Below are positions 42,617 to 57,438 of a stretch of 64,000 nucleotides of DNA, piece by piece. The translations under genes were made by a program, and so were the position numbers. The stretch spans positions 53,010,001-53,074,000 of the forward strand of contig OX597823.1 in the NCBI GenBank assembly GCA_951406725.2. The letters run 5' to 3'. Source of the DNA: Octopus vulgaris (taxonomy: Eukaryota). Numbering within the stretch: position 1 is the stretch's first letter; each line of letters starts with the position of its first letter. Under the pieces are notes generated by a model, which was not told where the DNA came from, did no database searches, and saw only the letters and a list, made by a program, of their open reading frames with translations.

Positions 42617-42648
<32 letters not shown>

Positions 42649-42749
42649 TGTATGTATGTATGTATGTATGCATGTATGTATGTATGTATGTATGTATGTA
42701 TGTATGTATGTATGTATGTATGTATGTATGTATGTATGTATGTATGTAT

Positions 42750-44330
42750 GTATGCGAACCTGTTCGTTGGCTACGTTGAGGCCCAAATATTCTCAAGTTT
42801 CACTGGCCTCACTCCTAAACTATACGGTCGTTATATTAACGACTGTGTCGGTGCGACCTCACTCTCCCGCGAATATCTAGACTCCTTCTTCTCTTTTGTC
42901 AAATCTTTCCATCCTGCCCTCCACTTCTCCCGCACTATTTCTGACACTTTCGTTGCCTTTGTCGACATTTCGGTCAGCATTCTTCACTCCACTCTCACCA
43001 CTTCCATCCATTACAAACACACAGACTCACACTCATGCCTCAACTCTCCATCCCCTATTCCCAATTCTACGTAGGCTCTGCAGTGACAACCATGACTTTT
43101 GAGAGTCAGTCTCAACTCATGGCTCGCCACGTCATCCTACGTGGATATCTCCTCACCACTATCCATACCACCCTTGCCAGAGCACTTCCGTAGACCGTGC
43201 ATCTGCACACCCCCCTCCGCATCTGTCCCGCCGTCACCTGTCTCCCGTTTTCCCTACCCTACCTCTCCAACACACCATTCTCCGAGCCTTCCGGCGATTT
43301 CAGTCCGACCCCTCCACTTCGCACATCTTCCCTAACCGACCCCTTCTCTCCTTCAAACGAGCCCACTACCTACGAGATTTCTTGGTCCAAAGCTTCTTCC
43401 CAAACCCAACCGCCTAACCTGGCTCGTTCCCCTGCTCCCGCCCACGCAGTCGCACTTGCCCTTACTACTCCAGCGCCACCCTCCTCGCAGGTACCCATCA
43501 TCGACCCTATCATATCAATGACTCCACCTACACTTCTGGCAACATCATTTACTGCATTGCCTGCTCTCTCTGTCCTCTGTACATCGGTCAAACGGGACGC
43601 CGCTTGGTTGACCGGTTCGCGCCCCACCCCCGAGACATCAGGCTTGGCAACCACACCCCAGTCTCGCGCCATTTCCGCTCTACTGGTCATTCTTTACAAC
43701 ACCTGTCTGTGTTCGGATTGTTGCACAGGGACCACCCGGACTCCCGTCTTCGCCGTGAACAGGCATTAATCTTCTCTCTTCTCTCCTTTGCGCCACATGG
43801 GATCAACTCTCCTCCCTCTTCATCTAACCCTACTCCTCTCTCCTCTCTTCCTCTCACCCAGCTCTCCTCTCTTTCCTTGCTCTGACACCTACTTCTCCTC
43901 TTTCTCTCACACCTACATCCTCCCACCCACCTCTCCTCTCCTCTCTTGCTCTGACACCAACTTCCTCTCTTCACTTCTACCCACCTTCTCCCTTCCCCTC
44001 TTCCTTTTTCGTCGCGCCCTCCCTCGTTACCCCACCACTATACATTCCAACCCCACCATCCCTATATATCCCATCCCACCCCAACTCCATCCCACACATT
44101 CCATTCCCACATACCCTCACTCCTACTCTCACACCCACATACCCACTGCTATCCTCACCCCAACCCACATCCTACCCTTGCTTTCTCTCGCCTCCTCCAC
44201 ACCCCAACACCACTACAACATACACCACCACACCATACACCACCACACAACACACCACCACACCATATCACACCACCATACCACACCACACCATGTCACA
44301 TCACCCCGCTCTTATGCTACAACCCCTAAT
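42750..44330 (+). mobile_element. Penelope-like element, 5'-truncated: RT C-terminus plus GIY-YIG endonuclease, degenerate
   Basis: YANLFVGYVE..YGRYINDC..FHPALHF..HYKHTDSHS (PLE RT), FPCSRPRSRTC linker, NIIYCIACSLCPLYIGQTGRRL..PVSRHF..RLRREQALIFSL..APHGIN (GIY-YIG; Cys linker suggests Neptune group); C-rich 3' region. Confidence 0.88.
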
Positions 44331-46764
44331 CTGTTCCGAATTGCAGTAATTCACATAGCTAGAAGTCAATCTCCAATTTTCATAATTCTCAAAAGATGAG
44401 AGAAATAATTTCCTCCTGGATAAGTCGGTATTATTTTACAGATAGCTTCCCTTCGCTGAAAGAATGTAACTTAGAACGGTAGAAAAGCTAAGCACTTTCG
44501 CAAATAAATAGCTCTGCCACTGCTTGGAACAACAAATAATTTCTACCCTGCAGTAGCAATCTACAATTAGCAAAAGGCAGGGCTGTTTACAAATTAAGTA
44601 TCTTGCTAACAGGCACAACATAGAAAAGGATACGAAACCGTCTCATCTCAGTTAGTTGTCTACTATCCTCCTTATCCATTCGCTTACAAATATATTTCAA
44701 ATTTCAACCTTTTTCAGACCATTGCTAGTAAATGACCAGTGGTGCGATTAGCATTCTAAATATTCACCATTTTGCATGCTGGTGTAGAGAACAATAGATG
44801 TAGTAATCTATGTAATATAGTATACATAATCCTCCAGTTTATATTTAGATTAATAATAATGCTAACGTCGACGATATCAGCGAGTTATCCGACAAAACCT
44901 AGAGTTAAACTTCCGCTTGAATATGACGAGAGCGAAACATATTTTCTTCCCTGATATCGAGATATCGTTCTGATCCTGAAATTTCAAAGATATTCAGCAT
45001 TACACACGTTGGCCATCACAGCCCAGTAAACTTTATTAACATTAGAGTATAACATGTTACCTGTCACAGGAAATGGGACCATGTCGTTGTTTCTTTTCAG
45101 TTAAATAACAACTGAATCAAAGAAGAATATTCTATTTTTCAAACGTAAAGTTCTAGTAATCAATAGTTTTAACAATATATCCTCGAAAACTACATAACCT
45201 TAATGTAACCAAAATAACTCTATTTACAATTCAAGATACAAATCTATTGAGCATGCAGCGCAATAAATCCCCAAATTGTCCAGTTATTTGCATATTCCAC
45301 TAGCAATTTGCATTAATAAGAGCGGAGGCTGAAAATACTAAAAGAGAAAACAAACAAAAAAGCTGTATATTATTAACGACAAAAGATATATGAATGATTG
45401 TTGTTTAATATTTGCTTATTGCAGATGTAATGTATAATTTGGTTTGCATTGAAAGTCGCATGGATTGATTTAACTTGACTCAGCACAAAGGTTGTGTCTA
45501 TATATAGGAAACAGGAAATAACCAGAGGTTAGATTCATGTCTTTCTCAAGCAATTTAGAAATGTAAGTGAAGTAAAATCTCTTCAGATGGTGATTGAAAC
45601 TACATCGCGCTCTCGGTTTATCAAGAGATTAGCTCTTTTCTGCAATATTTCCCACTCGAACCGTGGAAAGAAATTGGAGAATAAAAAAGAAAAGAAAAGA
45701 AACAGGTGCTTAAGTTTCTCATATATAATATAATTCAAATCGACGTGATTTGAAAGAACTCATCTTAGAAAGTAGTTTACAGCTGTTGTTTTAATCATTT
45801 CACTGATAATGAATCTCGGCCGTGAGATTAAACAGGCTTGATCTTAATTAACGTTATCAAAAATCACATTGAACTGAAATAAATTCAAAAGACAAAGAAA
45901 TCCTCGAGCTTCGTTCAAAGTGGAGAGTGAAACCTGTAATAATTTCACGTACCAGTCTTTATTTCTCCATTATAATTCTCTTTGTTTCTTATATCTTGCC
46001 GCATCGCAAATATGTCGACTGAGCAATAAAACCAATCAGTAACTAGTATCCTCCTTGTAAACCGCTACTCACCGTCAACACCTAATCATAACTACCACAC
46101 TTATTGACATTTATGATTCTCAACATGCTTCCAAACTCTCATTTGACAATATTTAACCCACACAACTTTCTTCCTTTTTATGATTATGATCATCACCTGT
46201 TGATGACCAGAATCAACCAACTGGGTTTCTTTTGTTCTTCATCATACTTGGATTATAAAAGCTACGGGCTTAACTCTCTTTCATAAAGATGACTTACTAA
46301 CTTAATTAGTTAAATTCAATTTCATCTAAGGTTCCGTATAATAAATATTTTGTCTTTAATGTTTCGATATTAATTGTTATAAGTTAATAATTAGATAACC
46401 TCCATAAAACCATTACAATTCAAATAGTCATTAACACTTTGATCTTACGCAGTTTCCGATGTAGCGCTCATTTCAAATGTGGAGATCATTCTCCACTGCC
46501 GAACAAAGTTGCGGTAATTGACAAGGGGCTCTACTGAAAGTTAAAAATGATCAAAGATTTCTGCATATTTGACATTATCAAAATACCCTGATAGTAAACC
46601 AAGTGCAGTCATCAGTTCGACATCGCTATCATTTGTTACATATTATAGTTCTGATGTAAAAGGTCTCTAGTGTCGTTGAATTAGAACATTGAAGCAAGCA
46701 ATCATGAATAAATGTTTCTAATTTTCTCCCTACTATTCAAAACGTTCGTACTATATGTACTTAA

Positions 46765-46820
46765 ATTGTATTTGCAGACGGCTGGAAAACTTACTAGTCG
46801 AAACGTAGTTCTGTTACAAT
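46765..46820 (+). ncRNA. Degenerate hammerhead-like motif
   Basis: attgt at TTGCAGA c ggctgg..ctagtc GAAAC gtagttct GTT acaat. Stems I and II present, CUGANGA core mutated. Confidence 0.35.
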
Positions 46821-47051
46821 GAAATCCACAGTGGATATTTATAAATTACCAACAAATATATTAAAAGTATCTGTTCCTTCCTAGTACTGTTTCTTGTGTC
46901 TCTAGGCGCCAATCTTCAAAATTAATATTACCAACGACGTCATTAAAGAAAACTGTCATCTCAGTGGATTACACTGGATGATAGCGATTGCTTTCTCTCG
47001 TTGTGAAATGCAACGTCCGTTTATAAAATACGAATGATATTACATATCTTT

Positions 47052-47143
<92 letters not shown>

Positions 47144-47147
47144 TGAA

Positions 47148-47227
47148 TGAAATACTGTTACGCTTTTCGCCCCGATGCGCTAACGATTCTGCCAGCTCCC
47201 CAGTTTCGATTCTGCCTCTTCGCCGCT

Positions 47228-47228
<1 letters not shown>
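47148..47228 (-). mobile_element. SINE family A head fragment between (AAT)n arrays
   Basis: ttttcgccccgatgcgctaacgattctgccagctc, with a partial internal repeat. Confidence 0.7.
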
Positions 47229-47284
<56 letters not shown>

Positions 47285-47320
47285 GTAATAGTAATAGTAA
47301 TAATAATAATAATAATAATA

Positions 47321-47350
<30 letters not shown>

Positions 47351-47353
<3 letters not shown>

Positions 47354-47850
47354 TGCAGTACCAGGCAGTGGCTCTCATGCTCGATCTTAACTGATTGGAA
47401 GTGTTATCATACATTGTTTTGTCTTGGTATAAAGATGGGCTACAGCAAATATTCTGCTCAATACCACAGATTTGCTTGTCAGTTGTTTGACCTTAACCAG
47501 TTGAGCATGTCCCTTAGTGGCTGACGATATGTCATCTCTGATCACGAGCAGAAGTAGTGGGGAGCATAGTGTGTTGAAGGGATTCTTTGGGGTTTGAATA
47601 ATTCACCTCTGGAATGGGTGGTTCATTCAACATCCTTAATAACCCTTATTCAGGGACCTTTTGAGCGGGTTGGGCTATAATAATAACTTGGCCCCACCTG
47701 CAAGGTCATGCGCTGTTTATCATGATATGAGATCACCATGTCGCGCACATATGGTTGTGATGCATGTGCCTGGTGTACCCTTATCAGACGGGCAGTCATG
47801 ATGGGTATATTGGGCTTCGTATATTTTACCCCAGTGTCACTTTGATATGC

Positions 47851-47851
<1 letters not shown>
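47351..47851 (+). mobile_element. ~500 bp non-coding element inserted in (AAT)n, copy 1
   Basis: tgcagtaccaggcagtggctctcatg...ccccagtgtcactttg, collinear with 52340-52830; (AAT)n on both sides. Confidence 0.8.
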
Positions 47852-47902
<51 letters not shown>

Positions 47903-47912
47903 TAATAATAAT

Positions 47913-49672
47913 AAATGGCAAACAGTCCTACACCTCCAAACAAAAGAGGGACTCATGAAAACCAAAGACATCCCCATTAGAAGAGGAATATTCCAGGGAG
48001 ACACGCTCTCTCCACTCCTTTTCTGCTTGGCACTGTCACCTCTATCTGATATGCTAAATAGAACTGGATGCGGATATAAATGTTACGGCAAAACGATCAG
48101 CCACCTTTTATATATGGATGACCTAAAACTATACGCGGCAAATGACAAACAGCTGGAAACACTATTAAAGACAGTTCATGGATTTACCAAAGAAATAGAT
48201 ATGAAATTTGGATTAGAAAAATGCGCCAAAGTAACCATGAAAAGAGGAAAACTAATTAAGAGTAACAACATCACACTAGATAAAACCAATGAAATAAAAG
48301 AATTAGACCAAAGCCAAACTTACAAATACTTAGGAATCCATGAACTAGATAAGACACAACACACACAAATGAAAGAGAAAATAAAAAAAGAATATTATAG
48401 ACGAGTTAGATCAATTCTAAAAACAGAGCTCAATGCTAAAAACAAGATAATAGGTATCAACACTTTAGCTGTCCCAGTTATAAGTTACAGCTACAATATC
48501 CTTAACTGGACACAAAATGAACTGTCCAAAATAGATAGGAAAACAAGAAAAATACTGACAGGATCTAGGATGCATCACCCAAAATCTGACATAGAAAGAC
48601 TATATATACAACGTATAGAAGGTGGCAGAGGCCTTATACAGCTGGAAAACTACTATAAAATAACCACCATAGGACTGCAAAAATACCTACTTCAGAAGGA
48701 AGGAAAACTGATCCAGATAGCAGCAAAACACGAGCAAAACAAAAAACTGTTCTCAGTATTTAAGGAAGCTGACAAATACAAACAAGAAATCATACCACCT
48801 AATAAACACAAAGAAGAAGAAGAAGATGATGAAGAAACAACAAAAGCTATAAAACAAATGAAATCCAAACTAAAAATAGAACAGCAACGAGCCATGATAA
48901 AACGATGGCAAGAAAAACCCCTTCATGGTAAATACTGCACTAAACTAAACGCAAAAGAAATAGACAAAGAAAAATCCCAGCAATGGTTGAGAAGCTCAGG
49001 ACTCAAAGCAGAAACAGAGGGATTTTTAATTGCAGCACAAGACCAAAGCCTCCCCACCAGAAATTACCAAAAACATGTAATGAAAAGAAATATTACAAGT
49101 AACTGCAGAATATGTGGAGATGGACAAGAAACAATAAATCATATTATCTCTAGCTGCCCAGTCCTGGCTAAGAAGGAATATATTCACAGACATGACAGAG
49201 TTGGAACCTACATACATTGGAAGCTATGCCAACATTATGGAATAACAACAGAAAAAAGATGGTATAGGCACACACCAGAAAAGGTCACAGAAAACGAGAA
49301 AGCAACCATACTCTGGGATATGCCGATACACACAGATAGAGAAATTAAGGCCAACATACCAGATATAGTTGTCAGAGATCATGAAGAAAAAAATGCTTTC
49401 TAATTGATGTATCAATACCGGCAGATGACAACGTGTCTCTAAAAGAAATGGAGAAACTCTCAAAATACAAAGACCTGGAAATAGAGGTAACTAGAATGTG
49501 GAACCTGAAAACAGAAACAATTCCTATCATAGTAGGTGCATTAGGCATGATAAAAAAATATTCAGACAAATACATAACAAAAACACCAGGACTTACAAAT
49601 ACATATAACATACAGAAAATTGCACTACTAGGCACTGCACACATCCTACGCAGAACACTTTCCATACAATAA
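47913..49672 (+). pseudogene. R4/Dong RT-RLE polyprotein C-terminal portion with a single frameshift near 49390
   Basis: ORF 47847-49403 (its poly-N start is the AAT array) continues in ORF 49433-49672 after a shift in an A run. Confidence 0.88.
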
Positions 49673-49766
49673 CCATCAGAGTATCACAACAAATCACAGC
49701 ACATACCCAAGGCACACAGAGCTGCGCTCGGTAGTGAAGTGAAAGCACGCTATAAAAATAAAACTA

Positions 49767-49770
<4 letters not shown>
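47913..49770 (+). mobile_element. R4/Dong-clade non-LTR retrotransposon, 5'-truncated, (AAT)n tail
   Basis: RT motifs RRGIFQGDTLSPLLF and YMDDLKL, YKYLG, GGRGL, CCHC knuckle CRICG..ETINHIISSC, RHD, PDIVV..IDVSIP..KLSKYKDL (restriction-like endonuclease); ~100 bp 3' UTR followed by (AAT)n. Confidence 0.93.
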
Positions 49771-49834
<64 letters not shown>

Positions 49835-49835
49835 C

Positions 49836-49902
<67 letters not shown>

Positions 49903-49980
49903 GTAATAATATATAGTTTTTTAAATAGAAAATAGCATATTCCTTAATGAGCAAAAATGATGTAAACGTGAATCTTGTTG

Positions 49981-52066
49981 TTGTAAAGATCAGCTACTCA
50001 TCAATAAGATGATCTTACAAGATTGTCACAAACGACACAAAAACTTGTCAATAGCCTGGATAGACTGTAAAACAGCTAATGATAGCCTATCACATAGCTG
50101 GATTAAGAAATGTCTGGAAATGTATAAAAAAGCGCCTACTCTGTGAAACTACTTTTCTGTAAGTATGAGTTCATGGAGAACCACTGACTTTGAACAGTTA
50201 CAATGAATCTCTAAATGCTGGAGGTGTAAAAATTTCATGTGGTATTTTCCAAGTTGACTCACTATCACTACACCTCTTTTGTCTAGCCTTAATACCTCTC
50301 TCAAAATTGCTCAATGATGCACAGTACGGTTATAAAAGATTTGATAAAAATATAAATCATCTCATTTACATGGATGATTGAAATCTCATTTGCGAAAAAA
50401 TGGCCAAAATCTCAAGGGCTTACTAGCGATTGTTAAACAATTCAGTGATGACATCAGGATGCAACTTCGCCTCGATAAATGTGCAAAAGCTACCTTTATC
50501 AAAGGAAAAATGACAAAAACATCTAACATTAACCTTAACCAGCAGAATGTCGTAAAAGAGTTAGAACCAGCGGAAAGCTACAAATACCTAGGGGTACTTG
50601 AAGGGGACGGAATCAGGCATTCAGTGATGAGGGTAAGGATCAGGAGGGAATGTTATCGCAAGGTGAGAGCAATACTCAAGACAGAGTTGAATGCAAGAAG
50701 CAGGATCGTAGTGATCAATTCTTTAGCCATACCGGTCGTGACTTACAGTTTCAATATAATTAACTGGTCAATTACTGAAATATGTAATCTTGACAGAAAA
50801 ATACGGAAACTGTTGACAATGTATAGAATACACCAACCTAAGGCAGATATAGAGCGACTTTATCTGCCAAGAAAAGCTGGAGACCGTGGACTTTTACAAC
50901 TGGTATTAACAATGACGATTGACACAATTGAAGTAGACAACTACCTGAAAAACTCTGAGTACTGGATGTTAAAACTTGTCTCAAAATATGAAAACAAGAA
51001 AGCATCATACTCAGTAACAAAACAAGCAAAGGAATTTCTAAGTGAATTCCAAATACAACAAATTCCGGAATTAGACATACTAGAAATAAGCGCAGAAAAA
51101 GCTAAGCGCATGAAAACCTGTGCTAAAACTACTGACTTAGATATTCTGACTGATAAATGGCAAGAAAGCCTCTCAATGGCAAATACCCAAAGACAGCGAA
51201 TAATGTCGATGTTGACAAAGCCGTTACCCATCAATGGCTAATGGCTTCTGGCTTAAAATCTGAAACAGAAGGGTTTATCATAGCAGCCCAAGATCAATGC
51301 CTACCTACAAGGAACTACCAGGCCAACATATTTAAGAACGGCAGCTTCTCAACATGCCTTGCATATCAACAACAAAATGAAACCATTGATCATGTTGTCT
51401 CCATGTGCAGTCTTCTTGAGCCTACAGAATATCTCAGCAGGCATGATAGAGCTGCACAATATATTCACTGGGTAATTTGCAAAAGCCTGGACTTGCCTCA
51501 TGATAAAACTGATGGGAGCACAAACCATCTCCAGTGCTTGAAAATGACCACATCTCAATCCTTTGGAACTTCACCATTCAAACTGACAGAAAGATAGATG
51601 CGAAAAGGCCAGACACCATATTGAAAGACTTCAGACAAAAATCATGCCTCCTCATTGATATGACTGTCCCAATCGATATAAACGTATCTGTCAAAACCTA
51701 CTAGAAACTGAGCAAGTATAAAGATCTTGAGATAGAAATTAGCAAAATGTGGAACCTGAAGACTAAAACAATACCTGTTGTCATAAGTGTCCTGGGAATG
51801 ATAGCAAAAGGGGCTGATTTCTCCCTAGCTCAGATACCAGGAAATCCCAAAATGGCAGAAATTCAAAAGATAGTGCTCATGGGAACTCTACATATCCTAC
51901 GCAAAATACGTTCTATGTAATCTCAAATTCTAAAACAAGCATAATTTTCTTATGGTTTCTTAAACATTCTCTAGAACAACACTATGTACAAAACCAAATA
52001 TATGGCACCCTAGGCATTGAACTTCTACCAACTTGAACTTCTAACTTAAAATTGTAATAATCTTGA
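49981..52066 (+). mobile_element. Second, divergent R4/Dong-clade LINE, 5'-truncated and degenerate
   Basis: [88 protein letters not shown]; many stops and frameshifts; short (AAT)n tail. Confidence 0.92.
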
Positions 52067-52085
52067 ATAATAATAATAATAATAA

Positions 52086-52172
52086 TGTGATGCATGTCTC
52101 AGACGGTAGTCATGATGGGTATATTGGGCTTCGTATATTTTACCCCAGACTTGATGCATGAACTGCCTTCAC
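52086..52172 (+). mobile_element. 3' fragment of the ~500 bp (AAT)n-associated element
   Basis: tgtgatgcatgt..cagacggtagtcatgatgggtatattgggcttcgtatattttaccccag matches 47756-47835. Confidence 0.8.
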
Positions 52173-52830
<658 letters not shown>

Positions 52831-52924
52831 ATAATAATAATAATAATAAAAATAATAATGATGATGATGATGATGATGATGATGAGGAGGAGGAGGAGGA
52901 GGAGGGAGAGGGGGAGAATACCAA

Positions 52925-53048
52925 CAACAGTTTCAAATTTTGGCAGCAGACCAGCAAGTTCGGAGGAAGGGTAAGCCGACATCGACCCCAGTGCTTAGCT
53001 GTTACTTATTTTATCGACCCCGAAAAAATGAAAAAGAAAGTCGACCTT
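52925..53048 (-). mobile_element. SINE family A 3' part
   Basis: catcgaccccagtg..ttacttattttatcgaccccgaaaaaatgaaaaagaaagtcgacct. Confidence 0.7.
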
Positions 53049-53080
53049 ATTATTATAATCTATTTAAATTCGAAAACAAC

Positions 53081-53307
53081 TCTTCTTCTTCTTCTTCTTC
53101 TTCTTCTTCTTCTTCTTCTTCTTCTTCTTCTTCTTCTTCTTCTTCTTCTTCTTCTTCTTCTTCTTCTTCTTCTTCTTCTTCTTCTCCTCCTTCTTCTTCT
53201 TCTTCTGTTACAACCACTACTACTGCTACTACTACTACTACTACTACTAGTAGTAGTAGTGGTAGTAGCAGCAGCAGCAGAAGACGAAGAGTAGTAGGAG
53301 TGGTAGT

Positions 53308-53340
<33 letters not shown>

Positions 53341-53404
53341 AGAAGAAGAAGAAGAAGAAGAAGAAGAAGAAGAAGAAGAAGAAGAAGAAGAAGAAGAAGA
53401 AGAA
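53081..53404. repeat. Compound trinucleotide array (TTC)n-(CTA)n-(TAG)n-(CAG)n-(GAA)n
   Basis: Directly visible. Confidence 0.95.
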
Positions 53405-54247
53405 TTAAAGGTCATAATGATGATGATGTGGTTAATTCATCTCCAAAGTGGAATAGTTGTTTTCGAATTTAATTGTATTATCATAATAGTAATAAGTATT
53501 TGTATTGATATGTAAAATTTCTTAACCACCGGAAACTCTTTATTTGTTCAGCCCTTTTTAATGTATTAGTCAATATGTGATGACCTAAGATAGCTAACGT
53601 AGAATAATAATTAAAAAAAAGGCGAAAGGAAAATATATGACTCTCATTATTACGTGTTTTGACAGTCGGGATTGTTAAAACACACACTGAAGGCATTTTA
53701 TCTCCCAAACTAAAGGAAAATTAATTGGAATGAAGTTTCATTTGAGCTTCCATTCATTACAGCATCTGTTGCATTCATAAAACCATTGCCTAACAAATGA
53801 TTTCTATTTTTTGTTTTCCATTTTGTGGAGAATTACTCTGTTTAAGCTGCAAATCGGGCTGTAGTAAGTCTAGATGAGTATTCTGAATAAAAAAACAATA
53901 CAGGTTATGCATAAAAAAAATTTATGTTTTAGGAGACGTTGGGGAAGTTATACTAAAATAATTCAGGAGGCAAAAAAGTTCATTTTCTAGCTCGAAAATG
54001 AGATTGACAGTGACCATGATAAAAATCTATTACTGTCATTAGAAATTAGCAACTTCGAGAGAATGTGAGCCTTCACGTTTTTCTGTCCAAAAGGTTTTTA
54101 ATCCAATGTTTACACGCATTAATTGATAACGTTACCTGCATCGAGTTTCGCTGTTCCTCCCATCAAGATAAAAAGAATTATTTCATGTTCTCTCAAAGTT
54201 TCTAAATTCTTATATCGTCAATAACATGCAATTATACATACATACAT

Positions 54248-54306
<59 letters not shown>

Positions 54307-54660
54307 GATAGATTTTTTTCGAAAAAGAATTCTATCAATGGCCAGCATTGTTTATATATATATACATATATATATATTATATATTATATTAAATTAGAGA
54401 TAAAACCATATATATATATATATATGTATGCATGTATGCATATGTGTGTATATGCAAATATATAAATATATATAATATATACACACACACAATTATAAAT
54501 AAGGGCAAAAGAAAAATTTCTATGCCAATATGCTGAGAAATTTACTTTAAAACGTCAATCACTACATACAACATATATTGTTTATAATTTTCACCTTAAA
54601 AGTTATTTTAATATGCTGGTCACAAATTATCCTATATTAGAAGTATACACACACATACAG

Positions 54661-54770
<110 letters not shown>

Positions 54771-55345
54771 ATATAGGTAAAAAGAGAGAGACTTCTCACT
54801 GGTAAGAACAAAGTTTCTAAAATGGAGTGATAAATACGAAGGATTGGTTTAGCCCAACGGAAGAACAGCTGCCATGTTCACAGAAGAGAGGTGGTCTCGT
54901 TCCACTGACAGCCTTCGACTTTTTGTATCCAAACGAATTTTTTAAACCCTGTGTTAACAAACAGCTATTACAAACAGCGTTATATAACCCAAGTTTCACT
55001 TTTCGATAAAAGAATTATCTCTATTAATAATTATTTCCATTATTAATAATGTTTCTTATATAAACTTTCCTCGCCCTAATGAATCTTTTAAATATATAAG
55101 ATAATAAAAATATGGTATTGAGAATTTCATGACCTTTTTCTAGCGTGACATAAAGTGAAATATTTTCAACCGAATGCGTAATCTTACTTACAATATTTAC
55201 CATATCATTTGAAATATATGAACATCTCGGTATTTTTCAATGGAGAAGATAGTGGGCGTTGTAAACTATCGACCGCACCGGATACTTTATTAAATTACAT
55301 ATGGTAATATAACCACAGTTTTGAGCTCAAATTTTGGTAAGGAAG

Positions 55346-55633
55346 CCTATTTCACATCGCATTGAGCGGTGACAGCTCCGGTACCACGGAGATGTGATTA
55401 GAATGTTGCTGGAAAGAATCGCAAAATAGATTCTTCAAGCATTGCCAACCAGTAAGACACCCAGGGTTACACTAAGAACGAAATGGTTCGATAGTATCCA
55501 TAGTCTCAATTGGTCACAATTTGGAATGCAGCCGAAAATTGTAATGAGAGCGGACCCTAAGGAGGAGGTGCCTGAGGACTCTACCCTCACGGCACTCCCA
55601 GGAATGGTAAGAGAATCTGAATGGATGGATGGC
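55346..55633 (+). mobile_element. RTE-clade (Expander/Rex3-like) LINE 3' end
   Basis: HRIER*QLRYHGDVIRMLLERIAK*ILQALPTSKTPRVTLRTKWFDSIHSLNWSQFGMQP; atggatggatgg tail. Confidence 0.8.
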
Positions 55634-55758
55634 TGAAAGGATAGGTGCATAATATATTAAACTGTATTCAGGGAGTTTTTCCATTACCTTACGTACAAAT
55701 AAATATTGCCCTTATGGTAATTTTATATATATATATACATATATATATAATAATTTTT

Positions 55759-55845
55759 AACCTGATGAGTGACTATATTTACATCGAAGGGATTTCTCTA
55801 CTACTATAATCATTTCTTAAATATAGCTGCGAAACCCGTGTCGTT
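55759..55845 (+). ncRNA. Type I hammerhead ribozyme motif with long stem II
   Basis: aac CTGATGA gtgactatattta (36 nt) taaatatagctgc GAAAC CCGT GTC gtt. Intact core, GUC triplet, 3 bp stem I. Confidence 0.7.
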
Positions 55846-57262
55846 TTTCTATCTATTATATACGTTTTTATTATTATTTTTGCAATTTACCTAATCTTTA
55901 CATTTTATTGTTATTTTAATTTTAACTTTTCTATTATATGTAATTTTCTAGATGATGTAATTTAATTGTTCATTTTGAATTGATAAAAGGTGGGTTTTTT
56001 TCTAATTATATATATATACATATATTAGTTTCGCAAATACGAAAACTACGAAACAAATTTCATAACGCCGAAGCATGGCTTCGCTATCACGTGGTTCCAT
56101 GTATCGACTAGGCAATCGTTTTTTGTTTTTTTTTATTATTATTATAACCTGAGTCCAACAAAAGCTTTGTAGGGGAAACTGGTCAGTTTGAAACTACGAA
56201 AGCACACACAATGGATTACATTTACTTTTGAGTGATCCAACCTTACAACATCACTCGATATGTAATCCAGTCTAACATCACTTGGTCCATGGTTATTCAG
56301 TCTGTTACAAGTATTTACAGTAAATCTCAAGGGCCTTTATATAATTTCCCACCTTCATTCCACCAATATCATAGTCTCGGGAAAAAATGGCCAATCACAG
56401 GCGATATCGTTCTTCATCTGGCGAAGTCTTAAACGAAACAAGAATTAAACAGAATAAGAACTTGATATGTTGGTAACCTACGAACAACTTTAAGGTGCTT
56501 GTTTGTTATTATGTTTTATGTTTCATCTACAGAAGACCAATATATTTCTCATTCTCTAATCTCATGACCAATGAGTTTCCTCAACGCTTCATTAGCATTT
56601 TAGCTAGACAAGCTTGAATTTCCGTTTCCACTTTCGTTTTCCTTCTTCTGCTTATTGTTGTTATTGAGAACGCTAATTAGGAACTGAATGTCATATATTG
56701 CCTTTCTTCAAGACAAAATAAATTACCCTTTTTTGTCTACTTATTCTTCTTTTCTTTTTCACTTTTGTTTTGTTTTCTGACAAAACATTTCGCAATACAG
56801 CAAAGAATTCGGATACCATAAATTGCTAAATGTATCTTATCTTTCCCGCTTGCTATTTTATCCTCGCTTTCTAACTGAAAAGCATATATTCATATGTTAA
56901 TATTTGATCAGGGCCAAACATCTTAGCGTCAAATTATTCATTAAATCTGGAGGATTCACAGAATCTTGTTTTACTGATTAACTGTTGCAAATTTGTTGCA
57001 ACGTTTCCGCTTTAGCAAGCTTATTCTCTCACTTGCTAATTGAGCCACGAAACTAAGCTAGTGAACTAATTGAAGCCACTCTCCTTATTGTTCATTATTG
57101 CACTCATATCCTTTTGGCTATAACAAATAAACCTCATTAACATATGTGTGTGAGTGTGCGTGTGTGAATGTGTATGTGCACGTATTTATATGTATACGTA
57201 TGTTTGTATGTTTGCATGTATATATATTTGCGTGTATGTGCATCCCGATGTGTTTACATACA

Positions 57263-57309
<47 letters not shown>

Positions 57310-57387
57310 ATATATACATATATACACATATACACACACATATATATATACATATACACACATATATACATATACACACATATATAC

Positions 57388-57438
<51 letters not shown>

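Noticed and set aside
47847-47912. Met-His-poly-Asn N-terminus of the 518 aa ORF
   Set aside because: Chance in-frame (AAT)n target array upstream of a 5'-truncated LINE, not a real start.
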